DNA from: an uncultured Gemmatimonadales bacterium
GTDB lineage: Bacteria > Gemmatimonadota > Gemmatimonadetes > Gemmatimonadales > GWC2-71-9
Direction of reading: 5' to 3'
Length of the DNA stretch: 64,000 bases
NCBI GenBank assembly: GCA_963748815.1
Contig: CAVVKJ010000014.1
Location: forward strand, 139,262 to 203,261
Made by a program: the position numbers and the translations under genes. The notes beneath the pieces are model-generated. The model saw nothing but the letters and a program-made list of their open reading frames with translations. It had not been told where the DNA came from and did no database searches. Positions 51,008 through 63,290 of this stretch are shown piece by piece (the stretch's first letter is position 1; every line of letters starts with the position of its first letter).

Positions 51008-51330
51008 GCACCAGCAAGCAGGCGGTGCAGGTGTTCATCGCCGGGGAGAGCTTCACGGTCCGGTCGGAACTGCCGCCCGAGTACACGCGGGAGGTGGCGG
51101 CGTATCTCGATACGGCGCTGCGGCACGTGAAGTCGACGATGCCGAGCGTCGAGACGCACAAGGCGGCGATCCTCGCCGCGCTGCAAATCACCGATGAGTT
51201 GTTCCAGGCCCGCCGCGGGGACCGCGACGGCGCCGCACGCCTGCACGTCCTGCTCGACGAAGTCGCCCGACTCCTGCCGCCGAACAAGCGCGGCGGGCGC
51301 GCCGCCGGGATTCCAGCCCCGGCCGACTGA
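51004..51330 (+). CDS. zapA: Cell division protein ZapA
   Basis: V.IAGESFTVR...VAAYLD...AILAALQITDELF. Confidence 0.88.
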   Translation: MSTSKQAVQVFIAGESFTVRSELPPEYTREVAAYLDTALRHVKSTMPSVETHKAAILAALQITDELFQARRGDRDGAARLHVLLDEVARLLPPNKRGGRAAGIPAPAD

Positions 51331-51371
51331 AACCAACGCGTGGCGGTTCCGCCGCCGCGCTGGAGATACTC

Positions 51372-53042
51372 ATGTCCGACCTTCCACTGCTCCCCGTCCT
51401 CGGGGGAGCGCTCGCCGGCCTTGCCGTCGCCCTCCTCATCGTCTTCATCGTTCAGCTTCGCCGCCGCGCCAGCGGGCGCGACGTCGTGGCGGCGTCGCGC
51501 GCGGAGGCCGCCGCGCTGGCGCGGGCGTCGAAGGCCGACGCCGAGCAGCTGCTCCGCACCGCGCAGGCCGATGCGGCGCGGGTCGCCGCCGACGCCGACC
51601 GGGTCACCGCCGACGCGCGACGGTCCGCCGAGAGCGCGAAGGCGGACGCCATCCTCGCCGGCAAGCTGGAGACGCTGGCGCTGCGCGAGGAGGTCGAGAA
51701 GGAGACGCAATCCCGGCGTGAGGAATGGGCGCGCCAGGACCGCCGCGCCGAGGAGCGGGAACGGACCCACGACCGCCGGCAGGAGCAGCTCGCGGCGCTG
51801 GAGGTGGCGCTCCAGACCCGCGACACCTCCCTGACCGCCCGCGAGCAGGCGGTGGCCGCGCGGGAGCGGGAGGTGGACGCGCTCAAGGCCGAGCAGGCCA
51901 GGCGACTGGAGCAGATTGCGGGACTGACGGCGCGACGAGGCGCGGCGCGAAGTGCTGCGGCAGGCGGAGGAGACGGCCCGCAGCGAGGCGGCGGCGCTGG
52001 TGCGCGACGTCAAGGAGCAGGCGAAGAAGGGCGCCGAGCGCGAGGCGCAGCGGATCGTGTCGATCGCCATCCAGCGGATCGCGCCGGATCACACCGCGAC
52101 GACGACCGTCGCGGCGGTCACCCTCCCCTCGGACGAGATGAAGGGGCGGATCATCGGGCGCGAGGGCCGCAACATCCGGGCGTTCGAGATGGCCACCGGG
52201 GTCGACGTGATCATCGACGACACCCCGGACACCGTGGTCATTTCCTGTTTCGACCCGATTCGGCGGGAGGTGGGTCGGCGGGCGCTCGAGGCGCTGATCG
52301 CCGACGGGCGCATCCAGCCGGGACGGATCGAGGACATCGTCACCAAGGTGCGGGCTGAACTCGACGTGCAGCTCGTGGAGCTCGGCGAGCGGGCGGCGTT
52401 CGACACCGGCATCAGCGGCCTCCACCCGGAGCTCATCAAGCTGGTCGGGCCGGATGCGCTACCGGACCAGTTACGGCCAGAACATCCTGGAGCACTCGAA
52501 GGAAGTGGCGTGGCTCGCGGGGATCATGGCCGCCGAGCTCGGCGTCGACGTGAAGCTGGCCAAGCGCGGCGCCTTGCTGCACGACATCGGCAAGGTCCTG
52601 ACGCACGACAGCGAGGGGACGCACGTGGAGCTCGGCGTCGAGGTGGCCCGCCGGTACGGCGAGAGCGCCGCCGTCATCGAGCTGCATCCACGCGCACCAC
52701 GACGACGTCCCGCACGAGTCCACCGAATCGGTGCTGGTGCAGGCGGCCGACGGCATCAGCGGGTCGCGCCCCGGCGCGCGGCGCGAGGCGTTCGAGAGCT
52801 ACGTCAAGCGGCTCACCAAGCTCGAGGAAATCGCCAACGCCTTCCGGGGCGTCGAGAAGACGACGGTCATCCAGGCCGGCCGGGAAATCCGCGTCATCGT
52901 GACGCCCGACCAGGTGAACGACGTGCAGGCCGCCGAGCTCTCCGAGCAGATCGCGCGCAAGATCGAGAACGAACTGCAGTATCCGGGTCAAATTCGCGTG
53001 GTGGTGATCCGGGAAACCCGCTCCGTGGAGGTGGCCCGATGA
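51372..53042 (+). CDS. rny: Ribonuclease Y (several apparent frameshifts)
   Basis: N-terminal [18 protein letters not shown] domain, LLHDIGK HD domain, IQAGREIR. Confidence 0.92.
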
Positions 53043-53934
53043 CCGCCCGCATTCTCGACGGCAAGGCCCTGGGGCTGGCCATCCGGCAGGAGGTCGCTGT
53101 CGAGGTCGCCACGCTCGCCGCCGCGGGCGTCACCCCCGGCCTGGCGGTCGTGCTGGTCGGCGAGGATCCCGCCGAGCCAGGTCTACGTGCGCAGCAAGGG
53201 GACGCGCGTGCGAGGAAGCGGGCATGCATTCCGTCACCATCCGGCTCCCCGACACCACGACGCAGGACGAGCTGCTGGCCACCATCGACCGGCTCAACGC
53301 CGACCCCGCCATCCACGGGATGCTGGTGCAGCTGCCGCTGCCGAAGCGGATGGACAGCGACAAGGTGCTCCGCCGCATCAATCCCGCTCAAGGACGTCGA
53401 CGGCTTCCACCCCGATGAACGTCGGGAAGCTGGTCATCGGCGACCCGACCGCGCTTCCGCCCCGCCACCCCCTATGGCATCCAGCAGATGCTGATCCGGT
53501 CGGGCATCGAGACGAAGGGCGCGCACGCCGTCATCGTGGGCCGCTCGAACATCGTCGGCAAGCCGATGGCGAACCTGCTCATCCAGAACGGCCCCGGCGG
53601 CGACGCGACGGTGACCGTCTGCCACTCCCGGTCGAAGGACCTGCCCGTCGCTGCACGCGCCAGGCCGACATTCTGATTGTCGCCATCGGCAAGGCCGAGT
53701 TCCTGACCGCCGACATGGTGCGGCCGGGCGCGGTGGTCATCGACGTCGGCATCAACCGGGTGGACGACGCGACGCGCGAGAAGGGGCTACCGGCTCTGCG
53801 GCGACGTGGACTACGAACCGGTGGCCGCCCTCGCCTCGGCGATCACGCCGGTGCCCGGCGGCGTCGGACCGATGACCATCGCGATGCTGCTCAAGAACAC
53901 GCTCCAGGCGGCCGAACTGACGCGGGCCGGGTGA
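53039..53934 (+). CDS. folD: Methylenetetrahydrofolate dehydrogenase/cyclohydrolase (frameshifted)
   Basis: [39 protein letters not shown] spread over frames. Confidence 0.92.
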
Positions 53935-53944
53935 GGGAAGCGGC

Positions 53945-55110
53945 GTGACCCTCCCCTCGCTCTTCGGCGACGGCGACCTTCCGGAGGAGCTCACCGTCGC
54001 GGAACTCAACCGGCAGGCGAAGAGCGCGGTCGAAGGGGCGTTCGGCGGATCGGTGTTCGTCCGCGGCGAGCTGGTCGAGTTCAAGATCTGGCGCAGCGGG
54101 CACTGGTATTTCACCCTGCGCGACGCCGACGCGTCGATCCGCTGCATGCTCTGGAAGCAGCAGGCGGCCGGCGTGCTCAAGCGCCACGGGCAGCCGCCGA
54201 CCGACGGGATGGAAGTGCTGGTGCGCGGCCGCCCGACTCTCTGGGAGGAGAAGGGGGAGTACCGGCTCACCGCCTCCGACATCATCCCGACCGCGCTGCT
54301 CGGCGCGAAGGCCATCGAGCTGGAACGCGTCCGGGCCGCGCTCAAGGCCGACGGACTCCTCGACCCCGACCGGAAGCGCCCCCTCCCCGCCTTCGCCCGC
54401 CGGATCGCCGTGGTGACCAGCCCCGACGGCGCCGCGCTCCACGACATGATCATCGTCACCCGCAACCGGTGGAGCGCGGTGGAACTGGTCCTCGTCGGCG
54501 CGCCAGGTGCAGGGCGAGGGGGCGGTGAAGTCGCTGGTCCGCGCGCTCGAACTGGTCAACCGGATCGAGGGCCTCGACTGCGTGCATCATCGGCCGGGGC
54601 GGCGGGGCCAAGGAGGACCTCGCGGCCTTCAACGCGGAACCGGTCTGCCGGGCGCTCGCGGCGGTGCAGGTGCCGATCATCTCCGCCGTGGGCCACGAAA
54701 CCGACGTGTCCCTCTCCGACCTGGTGGCCGACATGCGCGCCGCCACCCCGTCGGCCGCCGCGGAAATGGTCGTCCCCGACCGGGGCGCGATCGTCCAGCG
54801 GGTGGACGGCCTCGGGGGGCGCCTGGCCGCGGGGCTGCGGCGCCGGACCCGGGTCGTCGAAGAACGCCTCGCGCGCACCGGCGACCGCCTGCAGTCCGCC
54901 CTCGGCCGGATGATCGAGGCGCGGCGGAGCCGGGTCGAGCGCATCGCCGCGCAGCTGGACGCGCTGAGCCCGCTCCGCGTGCTGGCGCGCGGCTACAGCG
55001 CGGCGCAGGACGATACGGGCCGCGTGCTGTCGCACGTGGCCGACTTTCCGTCGGGCCGGCCCTTCCGACTCCGCGTCAGCGACGGATCGGTCCCGGCACG
55101 CGCGGAGTAG
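53945..55110 (+). CDS. xseA: Exodeoxyribonuclease VII large subunit (frameshifted)
   Basis: [38 protein letters not shown]. Confidence 0.92.
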
Positions 55111-55115
55111 ACGAC

Positions 55116-55353
55116 ATGGCCAAGCAACCGACCGACCTCCCGACCCTGCAGGACGACCTCCGCCGCCTCGAGGAGATCGTCCGCCGCCTCGAGGCCGACG
55201 ATGCCGACCTCGACGCCGCCCTCGCGCTCTTCGAGGAAGGGGTGATGCGGCTGCGCGCGGCGCAGGAGCGGCTGGCGGAAGCCGAGGCGCGAGTGAAGCA
55301 GGTCCTCGAGCAGGCCGATGGAAGCGTGGGGCTGCGTCGATCTCGAAGGCTGA
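55116..55353 (+). CDS. xseB: Exodeoxyribonuclease VII small subunit (indel near the end)
   Basis: LEEIVRRLE...LDAALALFEEG. Confidence 0.88.
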
Positions 55354-56258
55354 GCCCAGCGCCGAGCCGTTGCTCCACGAATCGCGGGAGCGCACCGACG
55401 CGATGCCTCGAGGCGTGGGCGACCCGTCTTGAAGGCGAGTTGTCGGGGACGCTCGGGCAGGCGCTGGCCTATGCCCTTCGCAGCCCGGGAAAGCGGGTCC
55501 GCCCCGCGCTGGTGCTCGCCGCCTACCGCGCAGGCGGGGGCACCTCCGCGTCCATCGGGGGAGTCGCCACCGCGGTCGAGATGGTCCACACCTACTCGCT
55601 GGTCCACGACGATCTCCCCTGCATGGACGACGACGACCTGCGCCGGGGCCGCCCGACCACCCACCGCGCCTTCGACGTGGCCACCGCGACGCGCGTCGGG
55701 TTCCTCCTGGTGCCGGTCGCCGCGCGAGTCCTGGCCGACGCCTCCGCGCTCCCTCGGGCTGTCCGAGGCAGAGACGGCGGGCGCTGGCCGCCGAGCTGTT
55801 TCGAGGCGGGCGGAATCCGCGGGATGGTCGGCGGGCAGTGGCTCGACCTGGAGGCCGAGGGTCGGCACTCTGGACCTCGACGAGCTGACGGCCGTCCACC
55901 GGGGGAAGACCGGCGCCCTGATCCGGGCCGTCGTGCGTGCTCGGCGGCATGGCGGCCGGCGCCCGGCCGGCGTGGTGGACGCCCTGCGGCGTACGGACGA
56001 GGAGATCGGCCTGGCCTTCCAGGTCGCCGACGACGTCCTCGACGCCACCGCCACCAGCGCGGAGCTCGGCAAGACCGCCGGGCGGGACGCCGCCCTCGCC
56101 AAGTCCACCTACGTGCAGCCTGCTCGGGGTGGAGCAGGCGCGCCTGGCGGCGGCCCGCCACGCGGAGGCGGCGGTGCAACGCCCTCGGACGCCGGGCGTG
56201 CCCGATCGGACACGCTCGGCCGCGCTCGCCCGGTATATTGTGACTCGAGCGCTCCTGA
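55350..56258 (+). CDS. ispA: Polyprenyl (farnesyl) diphosphate synthase (frameshifted, boundaries approximate)
   Basis: GKRVRP, HTYSLVHDDLPCMDDDDLRRG, FQVADDVLD. Confidence 0.88.
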
Positions 56259-56281
56259 ACCACGTGACCCGCGGGGATATC

Positions 56282-58190
56282 ATGTCACTGCTCGAGACCC
56301 ATCCACGGCCCCGCCGACCTCAAGCGCATTCCCCGGGAACAGCTCCCGGAGCTGGCGCAGGAGGTCCGCGATCGCCTGATCGAGTGCGTTTCCGTCACCG
56401 GCGGCCACATCGGCGCCAGCCTCGGCGTGGTCGAGCTGACCATCGCGCTGCTGTACGAGTTCGATTCCCCGACCGACAAGGTCGTCTGGGACGTCGGACA
56501 CCAGGCCTACGCCTGGAAGCTGCTCACCGGCCGCAACGACGCCTTCCCGACGCTGCGCCAGACGGGCGGCGTCTCCGGCTTCCTGAAGCGCGACGAGAGC
56601 GCGCACGACCACTTCGGCGCCGGGCACGCCGGCACCGCGATGTCGGCGGCGCTCGGCATGGCCACCGCGCGCGACCTGAAGGGCGGCGACTACAAGGTCG
56701 TGGCCGTCGTCGGCGACGGCGCGCTGACCTGCGGCCTCTCCTACGAGGGGATGAACAACGCCGGCCACTCCGACTCGCGACATCATCCTGATCGTCAACG
56801 ACAACGGGATGAGCATCTCGCCCAACGTCGGCGCGCATCTCCAAGATGCTCGGCGGCATCGTCGCCGACCCGCGCACCAACCGGCTGCGCGAGCGAGATC
56901 AAGGAGACTCACCGTCACAGCTCGAGCGGCGTCTTCGGCGACGGCGTGGTGGAGTTCGCCAAGAACCTCGAGGAGTCGCGCCAAGAATCTCTTCTCCGAC
57001 GGGATGCTCTTCGAGGAGCTCGGCTTCCGCTACTTCGGCCCCATCGACGGCCACGACCTCGAGAAGCTCACCGAGACGCTGGCGCTTCGTCCGCGCCCTG
57101 AAGGGGCCGCGGGTGCGTGCACGTGCTGACCGAGAAGGGGAAGGGCTTCTCCTTCGCCGAGGCGAACCGCGAGAAGTGGCACGGGCTGGCGGCGTACGAT
57201 CCGGTCACCGGCGAGGCGCGGAAGAAGGCCAGCGGCCCGCCGACCTGGACGCAGGTGTTCGGCGACGCGCTGGTCGCGCTGGCGAACGAGCACCCGGACC
57301 TCGTCGCGATCACCGCGGCGATGCCGAGCGGCACCGGCACCAACATCTTCCAGAAGGCGTAGCCGGCGCGGTTCTTCGACGTCGGCATCGCCGAGGGCCA
57401 CGCGGTCACCTTCGCGGGCGGCCTGGCGACGCAGGGGATCCGCCCGGTGGTGGCCATCTACTCGCACGTTCCTGCAGCGGGCCTACGACAACATCATCCA
57501 CGACATCGCGGTGCAGCACCTGCCGGTGATGTTCGCATGGACCGCGCGGGGCTGGTCGGCGAGGACGGCCAGACCCACATGGGGCTGTACGACATCGCCT
57601 ACATGCTGGCGGTGCCCGGCATGACCGTGACCGCGCCGAAGGACGGCGACGAGCTGGTCGGGCTCCTCCGGACCGCGCTGGTCCACGAGGGCGGCCCCTT
57701 CTGCACCCGCTATCCGCGCGACAAGGTGCCGGCCGATCCGAGCCCGGTCGCCGAGGTGCCCGCGGTGCCCTACGGCACGTGGGAGATGCTGCGCCAGGGC
57801 CGCGACGTGGCCATCCTCGGCGTCGGCACGATGGTGCAGCCGAGCCTGGAGGCCGCCGAACTGCTCGCGCGCCGAGGGGATCGACTGCACCGTGGTCAAC
57901 GCCCGCTTCCTCAAGCCGCTGGACGGGCGATGCTCGAGGGGTTGCTGGCCGACCATCGGCTGCTCGTCACGGTCGAGGAGGGGACCGTCGTGAACGGCTT
58001 CGGCGCGTACCTCGCGGAAACGGTGCAGGCCATTGCGCCCAAGGTCCGGGTCATCGCGCTCGGCGTGCCGGACCGCCTGGTGGAACAGGCGCCGCGCACC
58101 GACCAGCTGGCGTCGTTCGGCCTCACCGCCGACGGCATCGCCCGGCGCATCACGGCGCTGCACGGCGAGGAATCGGTCGAGGCCCGATGA
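56282..58190 (+). CDS. dxs: 1-deoxy-D-xylulose-5-phosphate synthase (frameshifts, internal TAG)
   Basis: [40 protein letters not shown]. Confidence 0.93.
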
Positions 58191-59049
58191 ACATCGGCGT
58201 CTTCGGCAACCCGCGGTACGCCGACCTCCGCGCGCTGCCGAGCAGCTGGCGGCGCTCGCCCCGGAGCGGGGGATCATATCTTTGCCGAGCCCCGCTTGCG
58301 GAGTTCTGGCCCGGCGCCCCTCCCCCTGGTCTCGATGCCGCGCGCTCGACCTGCTGGTCACCTTCGGCGGCGACGGCACGCTGCTGCGTGGCGCGCGCAT
58401 GCTGCAAGGCCGCGAGGTGCCGATCCTCGGCGTCAATTTCGGCAAGGTCGGCTTCCTCACGACTGTGTCCCGCGACGCGATGCCCGCCGCGCTCGACGCG
58501 CTGGTCGGCGGTCGCTACACCACCGAGCCCCGGCAGGCCCTCAAGTCCGTCATCCAGGACGCGCGACGGCCGCATCGCCGCGCTCGACCTCGCCCTCAAC
58601 GACGTCGTGGTGCACAAGGGCGGTGTGGCGCGCGTCGTCCGGCTGGACGTCGAGGTCCAGGGGGAGAGCGTCGGGCCCTTCAGCGCCGACGGCATCGTCG
58701 TCGCCTCGCCGACCGGCTCGACGGCGTACTCGCTTAGCGCCGGCGGGCCGATCGTCGTCCCCGACGTCCATGCGATCGTCGTCACGCCGATCTGCGCCCA
58801 TTCCCTGGCGGTCCGGCCGATCGTCGACGCGCGGCCACCTGGGAGGTCGCATCCAGCCGCTGGAGCCAGGCGCCGCGACCTGCTCGTCTCGTTCGATGGG
58901 CAGGAATCGTCACGCACTTGATCCGCCGGTGCCGGGTGCGCACCGCGTGGCGGAATCGCCGGTGATGCTGGTGCGCTTCGGCTGAGCCGGGTTCTTCCGG
59001 CGGCTGCGCGACAAGCTCCACTGGGGCGACCTGTCCGACCGCGATCTGA
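58187..59049 (+). CDS. nadK: NAD kinase (frameshifted)
   Basis: [28 protein letters not shown]. Confidence 0.9.
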
Positions 59050-60721
59050 TGCTCGCCTCACTCCGCGTCCGCGACCTCGCCACCATCGCCGACGTCACCC
59101 TCGAGCTCGGCGAGGGCCTCAACGTCCTGACCGGCGAGACCGGGGCCGGGAAGTCGATGCTCGTCGATGCGCTGGCCTTCTGCTCGGCGATCGCGCCGAC
59201 CGCGGCGCGGTGCGCCCCGGCGCCGACCAAGGCGGTGGTGGAGGGGGCGTTCAGGGCCTGTCGCGCGCGCTGACCCGTCGGTCGAGGCCTCGGAGTCGAC
59301 GCGGACGAGGGTCGCCTCGTGATCCGCCGCGAAGTCACCGCCGAGGGGCGCTCCCGCGCGTGGATCAACGGCTAGTCCCACCACCGTCGGGGTGCTGGCC
59401 ACGCTCGGCGCGCACGCTGGTGGACCTGCACGGCCAGCACCAGACCGCTCCACTCGCTCGAGCCGGCGACCCAGCGCGCACTGCTCGACGCCTACGGCGC
59501 GGCCGGTTCGCGGCGCGACACCGTGGCCGCCGCGCTGGCGCGATCTCGGCTACTCCGCGCCAGGAGGCGGGCACTGGGGGCGCGTCGCGATGAAGCGCGC
59601 CGCCGGGCCGACTGGCTGCGCCACGTGGTGGACGAGGTCGACGCCGCGCGGCTGAAGCCGGGCGAGGACGAGACGCTCGACCGCGGAGGCACCGGCGACT
59701 GGCGCAGGCCGGCACCCTGGAGGAACGAGGCGCGGACGACTGGCCGACGCCCTCGATGGCGAGGAGGCCGCGCGCGCTGCGCGCCCTGACCGCCGCCGAG
59801 CGGGCGCTGAGGCACTGGAACGGCACGATCTCGTCGGTCGAGCACCTGGCGCGAACTCCTCGACGGCGCCTACGCGCAGCTCGACGAGACTCGCCCGGCT
59901 CGCGGCCGCGTACGCGAGACGATCGCGGAGCGTGAGCCGGCGCGCCTGGAGAACTGGAGCGCCGGCGCGACCTGCTCTTCACGTCTCAAGCGGAAGCACG
60001 GCGGGACGCTCGACGGAGGTGCTGGCGACGCGACCGCGCCGCGGCCGCCGAACTCGACCTGCTCGACACCGCCGACGTCGACCTCCGCGCGCTGGAGCGA
60101 AGCGGAGCGTGGCGGAGACGGCGGCGCGCGTCGCCGCGGCGGCGTTCAGCGAGAAGCGGACGGAGGCCGCAGGCCGACTCGGCTCGCGCGGTGGGCCGGT
60201 TGCTGCCCGAAGCTCGGCCTCGTCGGCGGCCGGTTCGAGGTGGCGCTCACGCCGCTGGCCGAGCCGGGCCCGCATGGCGCCGAGGAGGTGCAGTTCACGG
60301 TGCGGCTGAACGCGGGGATGGAGCCGCGGCCGCTCGCGAAGGTCGCCTCGGCGGCGAGCTCTCCCGCCTGATGCTCGCGCTCAAGGTGGTGCTGGCGACG
60401 CAGGACGCCGTGCCGACGCTCGTCTTCGACGAGATCGACCAGGGGATCGGCGGCGAGGTGGGCGGACGGGTGGTGCGGCGCTGGCCGCAGGTGGCCACGC
60501 GGCACCAGGTGCTGGTCATCACCCACCTGCCGCAGATCGCCGTCCGCGCGGACCGGCACCTGGTCGTGTCGAAGGGGGTCGAGGGCGGCGTGGCGACGAG
60601 CCGCGTCGAGACGATCCTCGGCGAGGACCGGGTCACGGAAATCGCCCGGATGCTGGGGGACCCCGACGGCGCCGCCGCGCGGCGGCACGCGGAGGAGATG
60701 CTGGGGCGTGCGGTCCATTGA
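59049..60721 (+). CDS. recN: DNA repair protein RecN (heavily frameshifted)
   Basis: LTGETGAGKS, HGQH, GGELSRLMLA, FDEIDQG, ITHLPQIA. Confidence 0.92.
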
Positions 60722-60752
60722 CAGGCCCAATGCCGATCCATATCTCTTGAGC

Positions 60753-61685
60753 ATGCCGACCGCGCGCCGCCTCCTGCTGGCCCTGCCGCTTGCCGCGCTC
60801 ATGACGGTGGGCTGCTCCGACTCCGCCGATCCGGTGGAGGTCGTGCCCAGGCAGCTGTACTACATCGCCTGGAACAGTGGGACGTACCCCTACACCTCTG
60901 GCGACCTCAAGCTCTACGGGCTGGCCCTGGACGGCAGCAGCCCGGTGCCGATCCTGCCCGATTCCGTCCGCGCCAAGGTGAGTCTCAACGAATACTTTCC
61001 GCCTTGGATTCCCGGGACGGGAGGCAGATCAAGCTCATTTCCGGATATACCGACTCCACGGCCTCCATCGTCACGGTGGACCAGTTCGGCGGCCTGCTCT
61101 CGATCGTCCCCTTTCCTGACAGCGTGCCCTTCGCCCCGCGCCCGACGTTTTCGCCCGACGGGACCAGGCTGGCCTGGTACACGCGCGGCTTCCTGAAGAT
61201 CGCCGCGGTCGATGGGAGCGGCATTCAGAAGATCAATTTCGATTCGCTGGGCTCGAGTTCCGGCGAGGTGGCGTGGTCGAGCGATGGCGGCTCGGTGGCG
61301 TTCGTCACCTGGCACGCCCTCCAGATCGATCCCAGCACGCCCACCGACGTGCGCCTCTGGACTCGGCGGCTCGCCGATGGATTCACGCGTCCAGTCGCCA
61401 CGCTGGTCGATGCCGCGGGTGCGCCGGCCTGGTCGCGCGATGGGAAGTGGCTGACGGTGACGGTCGATGGGAAGCGTTCACCGGCTCCGCGCCGACGGCA
61501 GCGGGACGGAGCAGGTGCTGTATGACGGGGGACTGGCAGGCGCCCGGATGTCTGCGTGGGGGTCGCGCGACTCTCTGGTCGCCATCGTGGCCGGCAATCA
61601 GCTGCTCCTCATTCACCCCGATGGGGGAGGCGCGCGCGCCATGCCGCAAACAGGCTACCTGAACTCCGTGGCGTGGCGGGACTGA
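60753..61685 (+). CDS. TolB/WD40-like beta-propeller lipoprotein (frameshifted)
   Basis: Lipobox TVGC, FSPDG/WSSDG/WSRDG repeats, TTGACA-17-TATCTC upstream. Confidence 0.65.
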
Positions 61686-61700
61686 CCGCCACTCACCGAA

Positions 61701-63264
61701 CTATTCGGTGGCCGCCCCCCAGAACCGAAACGGCCACCGCAGCCCCATCCTGATCGTCCCTGCCTTCGGGACCACCCCACCGCTCGCCGCCACCACTGTT
61801 TCATAGAGCCAGAAGGCGTCCATCGGGGCCTTGGTGCCCGCTTGTGCGGGCGCATAGCTGAGGCCGCCGCCCACGATGGTGGCGCTCCGCTGCGTGTCCG
61901 TCGCCAGCTCGCCGGCGCTGACGCCGGGGATCGCGTCGGACGCCGAGGCATAGTCCACGACGTCCGCGCCGTGGTTCCAGTAGCGGACGACTCCGACGAC
62001 CGCGAACCCCGGGGCGAGCTGGAAATACGGCATTGCGCTGAGCGCCAGGTCGTTGCCGGGGTCGCGGGTGACGGTCGCGAGGCGGTCGGCCCAGGGAATC
62101 GGCTGCGAGGGGAGTGTCACCCGTTCCTGGGCGGTGAGCGACAATTGATCGTTGTAGCTCCCCGCAAGCCGCGCCCCGACCTTGCTGCCGCCGACGTCTG
62201 CCGTCAGCGCCACCTGCAGGTCGGTCTGCCCCCCGCCGGTGGGAAGGCTCACGAAGTTGTTCGGCAGCGGCTGGTAGCCGGTCGGGAGCCGCACGAGTGC
62301 CTGGGCGACGAGCCGGAGTCCGCCGGGGTGTCCGGGCCGATTCCACCGGTCGATGAAGGTGTAGGTGGCCCCCAGCTCGACGTCGCCGAGGAGGAAGCTG
62401 GTGACGTTGTCAAACGAGGAAGCGCCGATGGGCCCGCCGGGATTGGTCAGGTACGACTGGTACTCCGACGAGGTCAGCGCGGTGGCGGGGGAGGGGAAGG
62501 GGCTGTGTGAACGACGGGATGCCGAGGACGGCCAGGTTGGCTTGCGTGGCGAAGACCGCGCCTGCCATCGTCTGGCCGGCGGCGCTCCCTGCGAGCGGCA
62601 CGAAGTCGCCGGCCTCTCCCGGCACGACGAAGAGCGACGCGAGATTGGCCCAGTAGGCGGTACCACTGGCGAGTGTCGCCACGGCCAGCGTGCTGTCGGT
62701 GGGGTTTCCGCTGTAGTAGCCGGTCTGGAGGCGCAGGTCGAGGGTGTCGAGCGCCGCCTTGTAGTCGGCCAGGAAGAGGTTCACGGAGTCGGCGCCGGCG
62801 GCGGTGCCGAAGACGGGGTCGGCGGGGTTGAAGCCGGTGTTCGCCCCCGTGGTGTCGAAGCCGTAGGTGATCTGCACCTGCTGGCGCACGACGGGGACGA
62901 CCCCGAAGAGACTGAGCCTGGAGGTGAGGCCGATGGCGGCCGAGAGCAGGAGGGTGCCGACGCTCGCCTGCGCGTGCATGGTGGCGCCGCCGACGCTCAG
63001 GGCGTAGCCGGGATTGCCGGTGAGGTTGGCGATCTGCGCCTGGTTGGAGGCGAGCTCCGGATAGAAGGCGGTGCCGATCATCGGGGTCGTGAACTGGGTC
63101 GGTAGGGTCGCCGTGCTGCCCCAGTACTGGTCGCCGGTATTGGCGAAGTCGCCGCCGATGCCGAAGCCGGACGATGCCGCGCGGCACGCCGATTTCGGGC
63201 AGTTGCGCGGCGGCTGGGTGGTCAGCAGGATCGCGAGGGCGATCCCCTGGATGCATTGCCGCAA
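61701..63264 (-). CDS. Secreted/outer-membrane hypothetical protein (frameshifted)
   Basis: GGAGG upstream, signal-like N-terminus, LGDVELG and VRLPTG barrel-like strands across two frames. Confidence 0.55.
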
Positions 63265-63290
63265 TCATCCTCCGGCGGTACTCTCTCGAT

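Noticed and set aside
51331..51371. 6S RNA, often located after zapA
   Set aside because: The gap is only 41 bp.
57360..57362. In-frame TAG in dxs (and galK 63801) as stop-codon recoding
   Set aside because: These lie in the error-dense region, and TAG serves as a normal stop for many genes here.
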